DNA of 64,000 nucleotides. Origin: Deltaproteobacteria bacterium (GTDB taxonomy: Bacteria > Desulfobacterota > Desulfomonilia > UBA1062). Positions 36,873-47,179 of the stretch are shown in pieces. Position 1 is the stretch's first letter. Every line of letters starts with the position of its first letter. The stretch spans positions 13,157-77,156 of the forward strand of contig JAHDKO010000029.1 of NCBI GenBank assembly GCA_018436855.1, in the 5' to 3' direction. Position numbers and translations under genes: made by a program. The notes under the pieces were generated by a model. It saw only the letters and a program-made list of their open reading frames with translations. It ran no database searches and was not told the DNA's origin.

Positions 36873-37307
36873 GAAATCGAAGCTCCGCTACTGCGGGTGA
36901 ATCAGCCCTTCCTCGATGGCACAGCGCAAGGGCGCATCCCCACATCTCGTAATCTAAGAAGTTAAATAGAGGGGCACTGGCGATTCTCAAGCAGCGGCAA
37001 ACCGGTGCCAATCAGGGACGGGTACGCATTCCCGTTTCCGCCTGCTTCTCCGGAGCGTTTTTCGCCTGGGAAAACCGGGCCATGCTTGTAACCCGGCTTA
37101 TCTCGATCAGAGCGGGAGCCGGCGGAATCCTGTGTGTACAGCTTTTGGTTGGCAGCCGAGATACATTGAAAAGCGGCGAGGCCGCCCGGGACTCATCCCT
37201 GCGAGACGTGCAGGACACCCTGCAAATACAGCGCTTGGAGCGGTCGGAGTAATGCAACGGCAATGAATATCAGGTCCGGGAATCCGGACACGGGGCTTTC
37301 CTGCGCG

Positions 37308-38015
37308 TTAGAGGCCCAGGTAGGCCTGCTTGACCTTCTCGCTGTTCAGGAGGTTTGCAGCGGTGTCTTCCAAGGTGATGACGCCGCTCTCCATGACATA
37401 GCCCCGGTGGGCTATGCGCAGGGCCATGTTGGCGTTCTGCTCGACAAGGAAGATGGTGGTCTTGTTTTCACGGTTGATCTTCTCGATGGTGGCGAAGATG
37501 AGCTGAACGAGCACGGGCGCGAGCCCCAGCGATGGCTCGTCCAGGAGCAGGAGCTTGGGCCTGCTCATGAGCCCCCGGGATATGGCGAGCATCTGCTGCT
37601 CTCCGCCGCTCAGGGTCCCGCCCATCTGATGGCGCCGCTCGGCCAGCCTCGGGAAGAGGCTGAAGATGTAGTCGATGTCCTGCGCGATACCCTTCCGGTC
37701 ATTTCTCAGGTATGCGCCCATGTCGAGGTTTTCCGTGACCGTAAGCAGGGGGAAGATCCTCCTGCCCTCAGGCACCTGCACGATGCCCAGGGCGAAGATT
37801 CTGTCGGGCGACATCTGGTGGATGGGCCTGCCGAGGAAGGTTATCTCCCCGTAGCGGGGCGGGACGATCCCGGATATGGACATGAGCGCCGTAGACTTGC
37901 CCGCGCCGTTGGCGCCGATGAGGGTGACGATCTCCCCTTCGGGAAGATCGAACGAGACGCTCTTGAGCGCGTGAATCCCGCCGTAATAGGTGTGGAGGTT
38001 CTTGACCTTAAGCAT
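37308..38015 (-). CDS. livF: branched-chain amino acid ABC transporter ATP-binding protein
   Basis: Walker A GANGAGKST, signature LSGGEQQ, LLDEPS. Confidence 0.9.
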   Translation of the reverse strand: MLKVKNLHTYYGGIHALKSVSFDLPEGEIVTLIGANGAGKSTALMSISGIVPPRYGEITFLGRPIHQMSPDRIFALGIVQVPEGRRIFPLLTVTENLDMGAYLRNDRKGIAQDIDYIFSLFPRLAERRHQMGGTLSGGEQQMLAISRGLMSRPKLLLLDEPSLGLAPVLVQLIFATIEKINRENKTTIFLVEQNANMALRIAHRGYVMESGVITLEDTAANLLNSEKVKQAYLGL

Positions 38016-38808
38016 CGAAGGTCTCTCCGAGATATGCCTTGATCACATTGGGATTCTCAGCAATCTCTTTCGGCGTGCCCTGGGCGATCAGCCTGCCGTA
38101 GTCCATCACGTAGATCCGCTGGGAGATGCTCATGACGAGCTTCATGTCGTGCTCGATGAGCAGGATCGATACGCCTTCGTCGTCCCTGATCCGGGTGATC
38201 AGGGCATCGAGCTCGCTGGTCTCGCGGGGGTTCATCCCGGCGGCAGGCTCGTCAAGGAGCAGCAGAAAGGGTTCGGTGGCAAGGGCCCTGGCGATCTCGA
38301 GCCTCCGCTGGGCCCCGTAGGGAAGCTCCCTGGCCAGATCGTTCACATGCATCTGAAGGCCCACCTTCTCGAGCAGACCATAGGAGAAATCCACAATCTC
38401 CTGCTCCTCCCTGCGGTTCCCGGCGTTCTTGAAAATTGCGCCCAGGATCCCGGAGCGGGTCCTGCAGTGCCTGGCGACCATGACGTTCTCAAGGACGGTC
38501 ATGTTCTGGAAGAGCCGGATGTTCTGGAAGGTGCGGGCCAGGCCGTGCTCGGTGATGATGTTGGGCTTGAGCCTGTTGAGCCTGACGGCAACGTTCTTTC
38601 CCGGGGGACGGACCGTCATCCGGCCTCCGGTCGGTTCATACACCCCGGTGACGCAGTTGAAGAAGGTGGTCTTGCCGGCGCCGTTCGGCCCGATAAGGGC
38701 CACGATCTCTCCCTGGCGCACCTCCAGATCGACACCGTCGATGGCGCGCAGCCCCCCGAAGTCCATGGTGAGCTGCTGTATGTCAAGCACTTGCAGCATC
38801 TCTCTCAC
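38008..38808 (-). CDS. livG: branched-chain amino acid ABC transporter ATP-binding protein
   Basis: GPNGAGKTT, LPYGAQRRLEIARAL, LLLDEPAAG. Confidence 0.9.
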   Translation of the reverse strand: MREMLQVLDIQQLTMDFGGLRAIDGVDLEVRQGEIVALIGPNGAGKTTFFNCVTGVYEPTGGRMTVRPPGKNVAVRLNRLKPNIITEHGLARTFQNIRLFQNMTVLENVMVARHCRTRSGILGAIFKNAGNRREEQEIVDFSYGLLEKVGLQMHVNDLARELPYGAQRRLEIARALATEPFLLLLDEPAAGMNPRETSELDALITRIRDDEGVSILLIEHDMKLVMSISQRIYVMDYGRLIAQGTPKEIAENPNVIKAYLGETFDA

Positions 38809-40054
38809 CTTGCTCCTCCGTGCTTTCCTTCCGCCCGAACCGGTAGTGCTGCCTGACCCCGACGATGATGCCCTGCGGCCTGAACACCATGATGAGCACC
38901 ATGCTGGCGCCGAAGACGAGCATCCGGTACTCCGAGAACGCCCTCAAATACTCCGGCAACAGGATGAGCACCATGGCTCCCACGATCACCCCGATAATGG
39001 ACCCCATGCCTCCCAGGACCACAATGGACAGGATGATGGCCGATTCCATGAAGGTGAAGCTCGCCGGATTGATAAAGGTGGTCTTGGCCGCGAAGACACA
39101 GCCCACGAATCCCGCCCAGGTGGCGCCCAGGGCAAAGGCGGTGAGCTTGGTCCTGGTCTTGTCGATGCCCATGGCCTGACAGGCGACCTCGTCCTCACGC
39201 AGGGCGATCCAGGCCCTGCCGATCCGCGAGTTTCTGAGCCGGTTCACGACCAGTATGGTGAAACCCACCAGGATCAGCACGATGAAATAGAGAAAGACCG
39301 TATGCTGGCCCAGGCTGAGATCGGCCCCGAAAAACCAGGGCCTGGATATGCCGGCGATGCCGCTCGGTCCGAAGGAAAACGCGTTCCAGTTCTCCAGGAC
39401 GAGCCGGATGATCTCTCCGAAGCCCAGGGTCACGATGGCGAGATAGTCGCCGCGGAGCCTCAGGACCGGAAATCCCAGCAGGATGCCGCACACGGCTGCC
39501 AGGCCGGCGCCGAGGGGAAGCGCGGGCCAGAAGCCCAGTCCGAAATGATGGTTGAGCAGTGCATAGCTGTAGGCGCCCACGGCGTAGAACGCCACGTAGC
39601 CCAGATCCAGCAGGCCCGCAAGGCCCACCACGATGTTGAGCCCCAGGCCGAGCATGACATACATAAGCGCGGATATCATGATCTGCGTCTGATAGCTGGA
39701 AAACATGAAGGGAAAGGCGGCCACGAAGACTGCGAGGATGGCCAGGAGCGCAGTGTAGATCTTGCGGTCGGCCCGTATCTTTTCCCCCAGCCTTTTCTGC
39801 CAGCTGTCCTCGCCATCCTGCCCGCCCCCATGTTCCTTGCGTTTCATGAGCCAGCGCCAGACAAAGGAGAGCGGGAACACGGCCAGGCCTATCCAGACGA
39901 GCCTCATCCACTGCCAGTCGATGGTTCTCTCCAGAGGATTGACCTTGATGACCATGATCGGGAAGGTGAGGAACATGAACCAGCAGGAAACCAGCAACGA
40001 CTGGAAGATTTCCGAGGCGGCTCTGCGGATGAATGGCAGGCTCTGCGCTTTCAT
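38783..40054 (-). CDS. livM: branched-chain amino acid ABC transporter permease
   Basis: 423 aa long-form LivM: GLAGLLDLGYVAFYAVGAY..., the final TM block. Confidence 0.85.
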   Translation of the reverse strand: MKAQSLPFIRRAASEIFQSLLVSCWFMFLTFPIMVIKVNPLERTIDWQWMRLVWIGLAVFPLSFVWRWLMKRKEHGGGQDGEDSWQKRLGEKIRADRKIYTALLAILAVFVAAFPFMFSSYQTQIMISALMYVMLGLGLNIVVGLAGLLDLGYVAFYAVGAYSYALLNHHFGLGFWPALPLGAGLAAVCGILLGFPVLRLRGDYLAIVTLGFGEIIRLVLENWNAFSFGPSGIAGISRPWFFGADLSLGQHTVFLYFIVLILVGFTILVVNRLRNSRIGRAWIALREDEVACQAMGIDKTRTKLTAFALGATWAGFVGCVFAAKTTFINPASFTFMESAIILSIVVLGGMGSIIGVIVGAMVLILLPEYLRAFSEYRMLVFGASMVLIMVFRPQGIIVGVRQHYRFGRKESTEEQGERDAASA

Positions 40055-40063
40055 GGCGTCTCT

Positions 40064-40966
40064 CTACACCTTGTCCTTCGTGGAGCGCCCGAGAATGCCG
40101 GCAGGCCGGAAGATGAGGATGAACACCAGCAGTCCGAAGGCGAACACGTCTTCATAATCGCTCGATACATAACCCGTGGCAAAGCTCTCGGTCCAGCCCA
40201 GGATCAGGCCGCCCAGCACGGCCCCGGGGACGCTGCCGATCCCTCCGAGCACGGCCGCGGTGAACGCCTTGATGCCTGCGATGAAACCGATATAGAAGTT
40301 GATCTGGCCGATGTGGTTCGAGATGAGCACCCCGCCGATGGCGGCCAGGCCGGAACCGATGATGAAGGTTACGGAGATGACCCTGTTGATGTTGATGCCT
40401 AAGAGCATGGCCATGGTCTTGTCCTGGGCCGTGGCCCGCATGGCCTTGCCCATCCGGGAGAACTTGATGAACAGGGTCAGCAGCACGGTGGAAACCAGGG
40501 TGGTGGCGACGATGAGGAGCTCGGAGGAACGCATGATGTGGGACACCGGCTCCATGAACGCAAACTCGTCGACCAGGGTGGGAAACGAGAGGAAATCCGA
40601 GGTCTGGGCGAGGAGCACGTAGTTCTGGAGAAAGATGGACATGCCGATCGCGCTGATGAGGGGAGAAAGCCGCTGAGCCTTGCGAAGCGGCTTGTACGCG
40701 ACCTTTTCGATGGTGTATCCGTACGCCGCCGAGTAGATCACGGCGATAAGGCCGGCGAGAATGAGAAGCGCGGGCCCGTTCAGCCCCAGCAGCGAGAGCG
40801 CGCTCGCAGCGATGAGGGCCGTGAATGCGCCGATCATGTAGATCTCGCCGTGGGCGAAGTTGATCAGCTCGATGATGCCGTAGACCATGGTATAACCGAG
40901 GGCAATGAGCGCGTAGATGCTACCCCTGGTGAGCCCGCCGAAGAATAGTTCGAGAAAATAGTCCAT
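40064..40966 (-). CDS. livH: branched-chain amino acid ABC transporter permease
   Basis: 300 aa: MDYFLELFFGGLTRGSIYALIALGYTMVYG. Confidence 0.9.
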   Translation of the reverse strand: MDYFLELFFGGLTRGSIYALIALGYTMVYGIIELINFAHGEIYMIGAFTALIAASALSLLGLNGPALLILAGLIAVIYSAAYGYTIEKVAYKPLRKAQRLSPLISAIGMSIFLQNYVLLAQTSDFLSFPTLVDEFAFMEPVSHIMRSSELLIVATTLVSTVLLTLFIKFSRMGKAMRATAQDKTMAMLLGININRVISVTFIIGSGLAAIGGVLISNHIGQINFYIGFIAGIKAFTAAVLGGIGSVPGAVLGGLILGWTESFATGYVSSDYEDVFAFGLLVFILIFRPAGILGRSTKDKV

Positions 40967-41064
40967 GAATGTCTACAGGTGCTCTCGTCTCTTTAGAAGA
41001 AAAGGAAAGGGAACGAATGCCCTGTTCCCTTTCCGGACTCGTTTTTAATCAAAGATAAAAAGCC

Positions 41065-42177
41065 CTATTGCCCAACTTCTACATACTGGCCGTTCTGCAC
41101 CTGGTATACGGCGAAGCCGATGCCCTTTGCATCGCCCTTCTCATCGAAGCTGATACTCCCCAGCGGGGTTTCGAACCAGTTGGTGCGCAGGGCTTCTGCA
41201 ATGGCGTCAAACTCGGTGGAGCCGGCCTTGTCGACGGCCTGAAGGAGGCACAGGGCCGCGGCATAGGCATTCAGATAGAAGGCTCCCGGCTCGGCGCCGT
41301 ACACCTTCTTGTGCTGCTCGATGGCGGCGACGGCCATGGGGCTCTTGGTGGTGTCGATGGGCCCGGTGGCGTACACGCCTTCGGCATACTTGCCCGCGAC
41401 CTTGATAAAGGTCTCGTCGCGCACGCCGTCATCAGAGATGAAGATCGTGTCCATCTTCTTCTTTTTCATGCCCGATACGATCTTGGCTGCCTCGGGATGG
41501 TACCCTCCGTAGATCACCGCTTCCGCGCCGGAGCGTTTGATCTTCTGGACCACGGCGGAATAGTCCACGGCACCGGGGGTAATCCCCTCGAACAGGACAG
41601 GCTTGGCCCCCCGCTCTTCGATGAAGCCGTATGCGAATTCCGCAATCCCTTTGCCGTAGTCGCCCTTGTCGTGGATGACGGCAATCTTCTCGACCTTGAG
41701 GGTGTTGAGGGCAAAGTCCACCTGAAGCAGGGCCTGTGCATCATCCGGGGATATGGTCCGGAAGAAATTGGGGTAGTCTCCGCTCTTGGTGAGCTCCACG
41801 TTCGTGGCCGAGGGGGACATGGTGATGATGCCTGAGTCCTTGTAGATGTTCATTGCAGCCTTGGTGGCGCCGCTGCAGATATGGCCCAGGACCACGTCGA
41901 CCTTTTCCGACACGAGCTTGGTGCCCACGTTTGCCGCCACCTCGGGCTTGCACTGGTCGTCTTCCTGAAGGATGACCACCTTTTTGCCCATCACGCCGCC
42001 CCGTGCGTTGATGTCGTCCACCACGAGCTTGGCCGCGTGTGCCGAGGGCAGACCGTAGGAGGCCAGGTCCCCGCTATGCGCCCCGGGCACCCCGAGCTTG
42101 ACGGCATCTTCCGCCATTGCTGCGCCTGAAAACAGGACAAAGCATGCTCCAGTCAATATACAGATAATCCTTTTCAT
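41065..42177 (-). CDS. livK: branched-chain amino acid ABC transporter periplasmic substrate-binding protein
   Basis: 370 aa with signal peptide and a type-I PBP fold (LGHICSGATKAAMNIYKDSGIITMSPSATN). Confidence 0.85.
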   Translation of the reverse strand: MKRIICILTGACFVLFSGAAMAEDAVKLGVPGAHSGDLASYGLPSAHAAKLVVDDINARGGVMGKKVVILQEDDQCKPEVAANVGTKLVSEKVDVVLGHICSGATKAAMNIYKDSGIITMSPSATNVELTKSGDYPNFFRTISPDDAQALLQVDFALNTLKVEKIAVIHDKGDYGKGIAEFAYGFIEERGAKPVLFEGITPGAVDYSAVVQKIKRSGAEAVIYGGYHPEAAKIVSGMKKKKMDTIFISDDGVRDETFIKVAGKYAEGVYATGPIDTTKSPMAVAAIEQHKKVYGAEPGAFYLNAYAAALCLLQAVDKAGSTEFDAIAEALRTNWFETPLGSISFDEKGDAKGIGFAVYQVQNGQYVEVGQ

Positions 42178-42354
42178 CTTCTCCCCCTGTTAAGATATAG
42201 AGTGTGCCTGGTGTAGAGAAAAGAGCGTGTCAGGCCACATACGCGTTTGGTAAAATATCACTGCAGGTGGTTATCTGTCAAACTGTAATGCCTTTGTATG
42301 ACAAATCTGTCTCTTCAGATGAAACAGGAAAAGGTGATGCAAACCTTTAAGGGT

Positions 42355-43311
42355 TTAGCGCCACGGTCCGTACCAGTGCCATCTCGGGGGGCGCAGCACC
42401 TCGGGAAAACGATCGGGCAGAACGACCCTCTCCCGCGATTCGAGGATGTCCTGCTCTCTCGCCTCCGCCAGGTGCATGAGCCGTTCGATGCGTTTCCGGG
42501 TATGAGGGTGGGTTCTCAGGATGGAGGGATGGGGATCCTTTTTCCCCGAGGTTACCAGGATATCCCAGATGCTGCGATCGTAGCTTTCCATCTTCTGCAG
42601 CGCCGAGGCGAGTCCCCTGGGGTCGTTTGTCAGGCGCACGGCGGAGAGGTCTGCATCGAACTCCCTGGTTCTGGACAGCGCAAGCTGCAGGATGATGCTG
42701 ATCATGGGTGCAAATATGAGTATCAGGATGAATATGAGCGGCAGATGGGCATCTGCGAAGAAGATCATGGGAAGGTAGAAGATGATGAGAATCTGGCCGA
42801 AAAAAGAGAGCATGGACGTCACCCGGGTCATCATGTCCGCAAGGGCGTGCAGTCGAAGATCGTTGCTGCTGATATGGCTGATCTCGTGCGCCAGAACACC
42901 CGAAAGCTCGCGTTCGTTCAGGATCCTGATGAGCCCGTCGGAGAGCGCGATGGCGGAGTTGCTTTTCGAGCCCACGCTGAAGGCGTTCATCATCCTGCTC
43001 GGGATATAGTGCAGCCGAGGAACGTGCCGGAGATCGGCCCGGCGGGAAAGCTCGGACACGATCTCGTACAGTCTGCCTGCATCCTCCCGAAACAGGGCCT
43101 TGGCATCGTACATGCGCAGGACCAGCAGGGGCGAGAGCTTCGGGGTTGACACGAGGATGAAGCCGGCGATCATCAGCGCCCAGAAGATGCCGAATGCACC
43201 GAAGATCATCCAGCCGAGCAGGCCGAACAGCGAGACCATGGCGGCGAGTATGACCAGGGTCTGGAACGTGTTCTGAAATTTTCCGGAAACATAGCGGGTG
43301 GAGCTCTGCAT
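42355..43311 (-). CDS. htpX: M48-family zinc metalloprotease, HtpX-like
   Basis: N-terminal TM helices and the HExxH motif LAHEISHI. Confidence 0.85.
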   Translation of the reverse strand: MQSSTRYVSGKFQNTFQTLVILAAMVSLFGLLGWMIFGAFGIFWALMIAGFILVSTPKLSPLLVLRMYDAKALFREDAGRLYEIVSELSRRADLRHVPRLHYIPSRMMNAFSVGSKSNSAIALSDGLIRILNERELSGVLAHEISHISSNDLRLHALADMMTRVTSMLSFFGQILIIFYLPMIFFADAHLPLIFILILIFAPMISIILQLALSRTREFDADLSAVRLTNDPRGLASALQKMESYDRSIWDILVTSGKKDPHPSILRTHPHTRKRIERLMHLAEAREQDILESRERVVLPDRFPEVLRPPRWHWYGPWR

Positions 43312-43650
43312 CGCTGCCCTCGGTTCGTAGTCGTATATATTTTAGGGTGCGGGACGGCGAATGGCAACGATGATCCGAACAGCCGGCCGCCGTTTGCTCC
43401 GATGAAAGCCGCCTCTCTTTCCCGCTCCTCCGCCATATGATATGAGAATCATCCCCTTCTTCAACTGATCTTGAGAAGGCACTCATGGCCCTGCCGGCAC
43501 TCGCGCCGCGTCCTGCCTTCTCCGGGGGTGGGGAAAACATCGCATTCCTTCTTGGTTGGCGCGTGAATCAATCAACGGTGCGAACCTTTCATTACAAAAC
43601 CCCTTCATCCCTCTTCCCCGGCAAGCTGAAGGGAAACCGGACCCGCCACA

Positions 43651-44148
43651 TCAACCCAGCAGCCGGGGATTGAGCTGCCAGATGGTGTAGTTGAGAACCG
43701 ATGCAAAACTCACCCATAGCAGGTAGGGAACGAGCAGTATTCCGGCCAGAGACCGGATGCGAAGGAAGGTGATGAGCGTAGCAGCGATCAGAACCCACAG
43801 CAAGAGGATGAAGGCGAAAGACAGCGCGCCCAGATGCCAACCGAAGAAGAGCCAGCTCCAAAGCGCATTGACAGCCAGCTGCAGGAGAAACAATGTGAGT
43901 GCGGTACGCGCCGCGCCGAAACCTCCCTCACGCCAGACCAGCCATGCAGCAATTCCCATGAAGGCATAGAGCACCGTCCATACCGGCCCGAACACGGCAG
44001 ACGGCGGCGCCCATGAAGGGAGCACGAGCCGGGCGTAGAACGTCTCTGCTTGCATGGTTGCCAGGCTGCCGATACCGGCCGCAAGAAAGGTGATCACCAG
44101 CCATGCAACGAGGCCTGCAAACTGTGTGCGTTTTGAAATCGCCGTCAT
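43651..44148 (-). CDS. tspO: TspO/MBR family tryptophan-rich sensory protein
   Basis: 165 aa with 5 TM helices and the W-rich consensus (PSWAPPSAVFGPVWTVLY...WSWLFF). An AGGAG RBS is present. Confidence 0.85.
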   Translation of the reverse strand: MTAISKRTQFAGLVAWLVITFLAAGIGSLATMQAETFYARLVLPSWAPPSAVFGPVWTVLYAFMGIAAWLVWREGGFGAARTALTLFLLQLAVNALWSWLFFGWHLGALSFAFILLLWVLIAATLITFLRIRSLAGILLVPYLLWVSFASVLNYTIWQLNPRLLG

Positions 44149-44335
44149 CGAGGACTCCTTTTTTTAAGCCCGACACCGGGACTCAGCCGGCCGGACTGTG
44201 TGTTTTGGCCACGCTAAACGACGGGAAAGCCATCCTGCTGGAATATCGAGGGCACACGGGCAGCCGGCAGGTTGAACAGGGCAAAGTTTTTAGACATCGC
44301 CTGATACTTCCGGCAGTGTGAAACGAAGGACCCTC

Positions 44336-44659
44336 TCAGGCGCTGCTCGAATTGTTCCCCTTCAGATGGGTGAGCATGAGGCTCACTACCTCGTCGAGCC
44401 TGGTGCCTGCAGTTTTCCGGTGGGCTTCGGCCTGCCGCCGGGCGTTTTCTATCATGGTCTCCGCCTGTGTCCGGGCGGTCTGAACGATCTTCTCCTGCTC
44501 TTTTTTCACCTCGTCCAGGGGAAGGCTGCGGGAAAGGATATCACCGGCCTGTTTTCTGGCTTCTTCGAGTATGGTCCTGGCCTCTGAACGCGCCTCTTCC
44601 ATCAGCGCTTCAGCCTCCTGTTCGATTTCCTTTACCGATCCGATGAAATCTTCTGCCAT
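44336..44659 (-). CDS. small coiled-coil protein, probable V/A-type ATPase peripheral-stalk subunit (G/H-like)
   Basis: 107 aa E/A/R/Q-rich helical protein at the distal end of the V-ATPase operon. Confidence 0.5.
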   Translation of the reverse strand: MAEDFIGSVKEIEQEAEALMEEARSEARTILEEARKQAGDILSRSLPLDEVKKEQEKIVQTARTQAETMIENARRQAEAHRKTAGTRLDEVVSLMLTHLKGNNSSSA

Positions 44660-44689
44660 GGAATTCCTCCCTCAGTACGTGTGCTCTCG

Positions 44690-45130
44690 TCAGAGAGTGA
44701 ATACATATTGTGTCGTGGTCTTCAGCGCCCTGCGCATGGCACCGAGCTGGGACCGATAAATCCTGACGCCTGTTTTTTCCACGCTCACCGGCATGTCCAG
44801 GACCTCGGCAAAAACCTTAGCCTCCACCGCCCCTTCCTCGTCGCCCCGGCTGCACCGGACCATCATATCGCTCCGGCCCGAGTGCACCTCGATGATCATG
44901 GGCAGAAGAAGATCGTCACGTTCACGATCCTCCAGGATGGAGGCCAGATATCGCAGCTCGTCGATTCTGAAAAAATGTTCCGACCCGTCGAGGCAGGAGA
45001 CCCGGGGATGTTCTTCGTGCAGGAGATGGGAAAGCGTCTTGCGTTTTTTCGGCAGCTGGGCGTTCACCGAGCTGAGCTCGCTGCCCAGATAACGGGCGAT
45101 CACATCGTCCTTTTCCTGCTCAATAGGCAT
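44690..45130 (-). CDS. hypothetical protein within the V-ATPase operon
   Basis: 146-aa ORF, co-directional, overlapping the atpD stop. No recognisable motif. Confidence 0.45.
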   Translation of the reverse strand: MPIEQEKDDVIARYLGSELSSVNAQLPKKRKTLSHLLHEEHPRVSCLDGSEHFFRIDELRYLASILEDRERDDLLLPMIIEVHSGRSDMMVRCSRGDEEGAVEAKVFAEVLDMPVSVEKTGVRIYRSQLGAMRRALKTTTQYVFTL

Positions 45131-45767
45131 AGGCCTCCCTCTTCTCGATCAGGAGCTTCACGTATTTCAACCGGGCCACCTCTTCGCGGTCGCGCTCCTC
45201 GAACTTCATGGAGAGGTACTTGATGGTGACGTCCAGCCCGGGTATCACCACATACTCCAAGGCGTTGTTGATGCGCTTGACCTTGTTGATCTCGTCGCCG
45301 AGCAATTCCAGGGCGCTCTGGAGCTCGGCGAGCTCTACGGTGGTGGACAGGCACTTCCGCGCCGTGTCGGAGGTATATTCCAGGAGCGAGGAGTTCTCGG
45401 CTGGATAAACCGCCTGGGGCGCCTCCCGATTCTCCTCCATCTGGAAGGTGGGAAGACGCACCCCCGCCACGTTGCGGGTCGCGGCATGCAGGCTGAAGGG
45501 CATCTCGGAGATCATGAGCGTCTGTTCCACCAATGCATACCCGTGATATCCCAGGGAGAGAGACAGGGCCTTGTAGGCGTCGTGATACTCCTTCTGGAGC
45601 CGCTCCTTCACGTCCGCGCTCTCTTTGACGGTCTGGAGAAACTCCATGACCAGGATGGAGAGCCGGTCCTTGATGATCTTCTGGATCCGCGTGGCGAGCC
45701 TCAGGCGCCGTTTGAGCCTGGCGAGCTCGATCTTGGTGGGTCTGGCGATACGTATTTTCGCGGCCAT
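45120..45767 (-). CDS. atpD: V/A-type ATPase subunit D
   Basis: MAAKIRIARPTKIELARLKRRLRLATR... Confidence 0.85.
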   Translation of the reverse strand: MAAKIRIARPTKIELARLKRRLRLATRIQKIIKDRLSILVMEFLQTVKESADVKERLQKEYHDAYKALSLSLGYHGYALVEQTLMISEMPFSLHAATRNVAGVRLPTFQMEENREAPQAVYPAENSSLLEYTSDTARKCLSTTVELAELQSALELLGDEINKVKRINNALEYVVIPGLDVTIKYLSMKFEERDREEVARLKYVKLLIEKREAYAY

Positions 45768-45772
45768 GGTCT

Positions 45773-47179
45773 CTACTCGCTCTTAGATGGTTCGGGCAGG
45801 TACTTCTTGATGTATTTCTCGTTGATGAGCTTCAAGTCTTCCTCCGGGAGCATGGAGAAGATATCCCACGCAACGCTCAGGGTGTCTTCCACGGTACGCC
45901 GGCTGTGCTCTGCCTGGGCGATGAAATCCCGCTCGAACCGGTCCGCCGCCTCGAGATAGACCTTGTCGCGATCGGTGAGCGCCTCCGAGCCGATGACCGT
46001 GGTGATCTCGCGCAGGTAGTTCCCCTCTGCATACATGGCATAGGACTGCATGAAGACGTTGTTGTGATCCTCCCGGGTCTTGCCCTCCCCTATTCCCTCC
46101 TTCATCATCCGCGAAAGCGAGAGAAACACGTCGATGGGCGGGTAGATCCGCTTGCGGTCGAGCGGCCTGGAGAGCACGATCTGTCCCTCGGTGATGTAGC
46201 CCGTCAGGTCCGGGATGGGGTGCGTGATGTCGTCGTCGGGCATGGTGAGGATGGGAAGAATGGTCACCGAGCCCTCACGTCCGGAGATCCGCCCGGCGCG
46301 CTCGTAGAGAGAGGCCAAGTCCGTGTACATATACCCGGGGTAGCCCCGGCGGCTCGGTATCTCGCCCCGCATGGCGGCAAGCTCGCGCAGCGCGTCGGCA
46401 TAGTTGGTGATGTCGGTGAGGATGACGAGCACGTGCATGTCCATCTCCCAGGCCAGGTATTCGGCTGCCGTGAGCGCCAGCCTCGGGGTGGAAAGGCGCT
46501 CGATGACCGGGGACGAGGCGGTGTTGATGAACCCCACGGCCCGGCTCAGCGCGCCCGTTTCTTCCAGGTTGTTGATGAAGTATGCGGCGTCGTCGTAACT
46601 GACCCCGATGGCGCCGAACACGATGGCGAAGTCGTCGGACTTGCCCTTGAGCGATGCCTGGCGGATGATCTGGGCCGCGATCTTGTTGTGCGGCAGGCCC
46701 GAGCCGCTGAATATGGGCAGCTTCTGGCCTCTCACCAGCACGTTGAGCCCGTCGATGGCCGAGATGCCGGTCTCGATGAACTCGGCCGGGGGCATGCGGG
46801 AGGCCGGATTTGCAGGCACGCCGTTGATGTCCTGGTATTTCTGAGAGATAATGGGAGGCCCGCCGTCGATGGGTTTGCCGCTCCCGTCGAAAATGCGCCC
46901 GAGAATGTCCGGGGAGAGCGGGAGCTTCAAGGTTTCGCCCTTGTACCTCACCTTGCTGTCGAGGAGATCGACCTCGCTCACCCCGCCGAACACCTGGACC
47001 ACGGTGGTGCCTTTGCCGACCTCGATGACCTGGCCGCTGCGAACCTCACCCGTGCCCAGCTCCACGTCGACGATCTCGCTGAACTGGATGCCCGGGATGC
47101 TCTCGATGATGAGCAGGGACCTGCGGGCCGTGCTGATGGCCTTGGTCTGTCTGGTAAAGAGCTGCATGGAATCCATCAT
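45773..47179 (-). CDS. atpB: V/A-type ATPase subunit B
   Basis: 468 aa; the non-catalytic B subunit blocks are present. Confidence 0.9.
   Translation of the reverse strand: MMDSMQLFTRQTKAISTARRSLLIIESIPGIQFSEIVDVELGTGEVRSGQVIEVGKGTTVVQVFGGVSEVDLLDSKVRYKGETLKLPLSPDILGRIFDGSGKPIDGGPPIISQKYQDINGVPANPASRMPPAEFIETGISAIDGLNVLVRGQKLPIFSGSGLPHNKIAAQIIRQASLKGKSDDFAIVFGAIGVSYDDAAYFINNLEETGALSRAVGFINTASSPVIERLSTPRLALTAAEYLAWEMDMHVLVILTDITNYADALRELAAMRGEIPSRRGYPGYMYTDLASLYERAGRISGREGSVTILPILTMPDDDITHPIPDLTGYITEGQIVLSRPLDRKRIYPPIDVFLSLSRMMKEGIGEGKTREDHNNVFMQSYAMYAEGNYLREITTVIGSEALTDRDKVYLEAADRFERDFIAQAEHSRRTVEDTLSVAWDIFSMLPEEDLKLINEKYIKKYLPEPSKSE

Noticed and set aside
36043-37011. N-terminal 323-aa extension of ORF 35407..37011
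   Set aside because: R/H/P-rich translation in a different frame from the same-strand exosortase gene. The real EpsI begins at the internal Met (36042), which has a signal peptide.
42178-42354. Short direct or inverted repeats (ATCTGTC...) upstream of livK as a regulator binding site
   Set aside because: The repeats are short (7-8 nt) and imperfect, and could easily arise by chance. This is not enough to call an operator.
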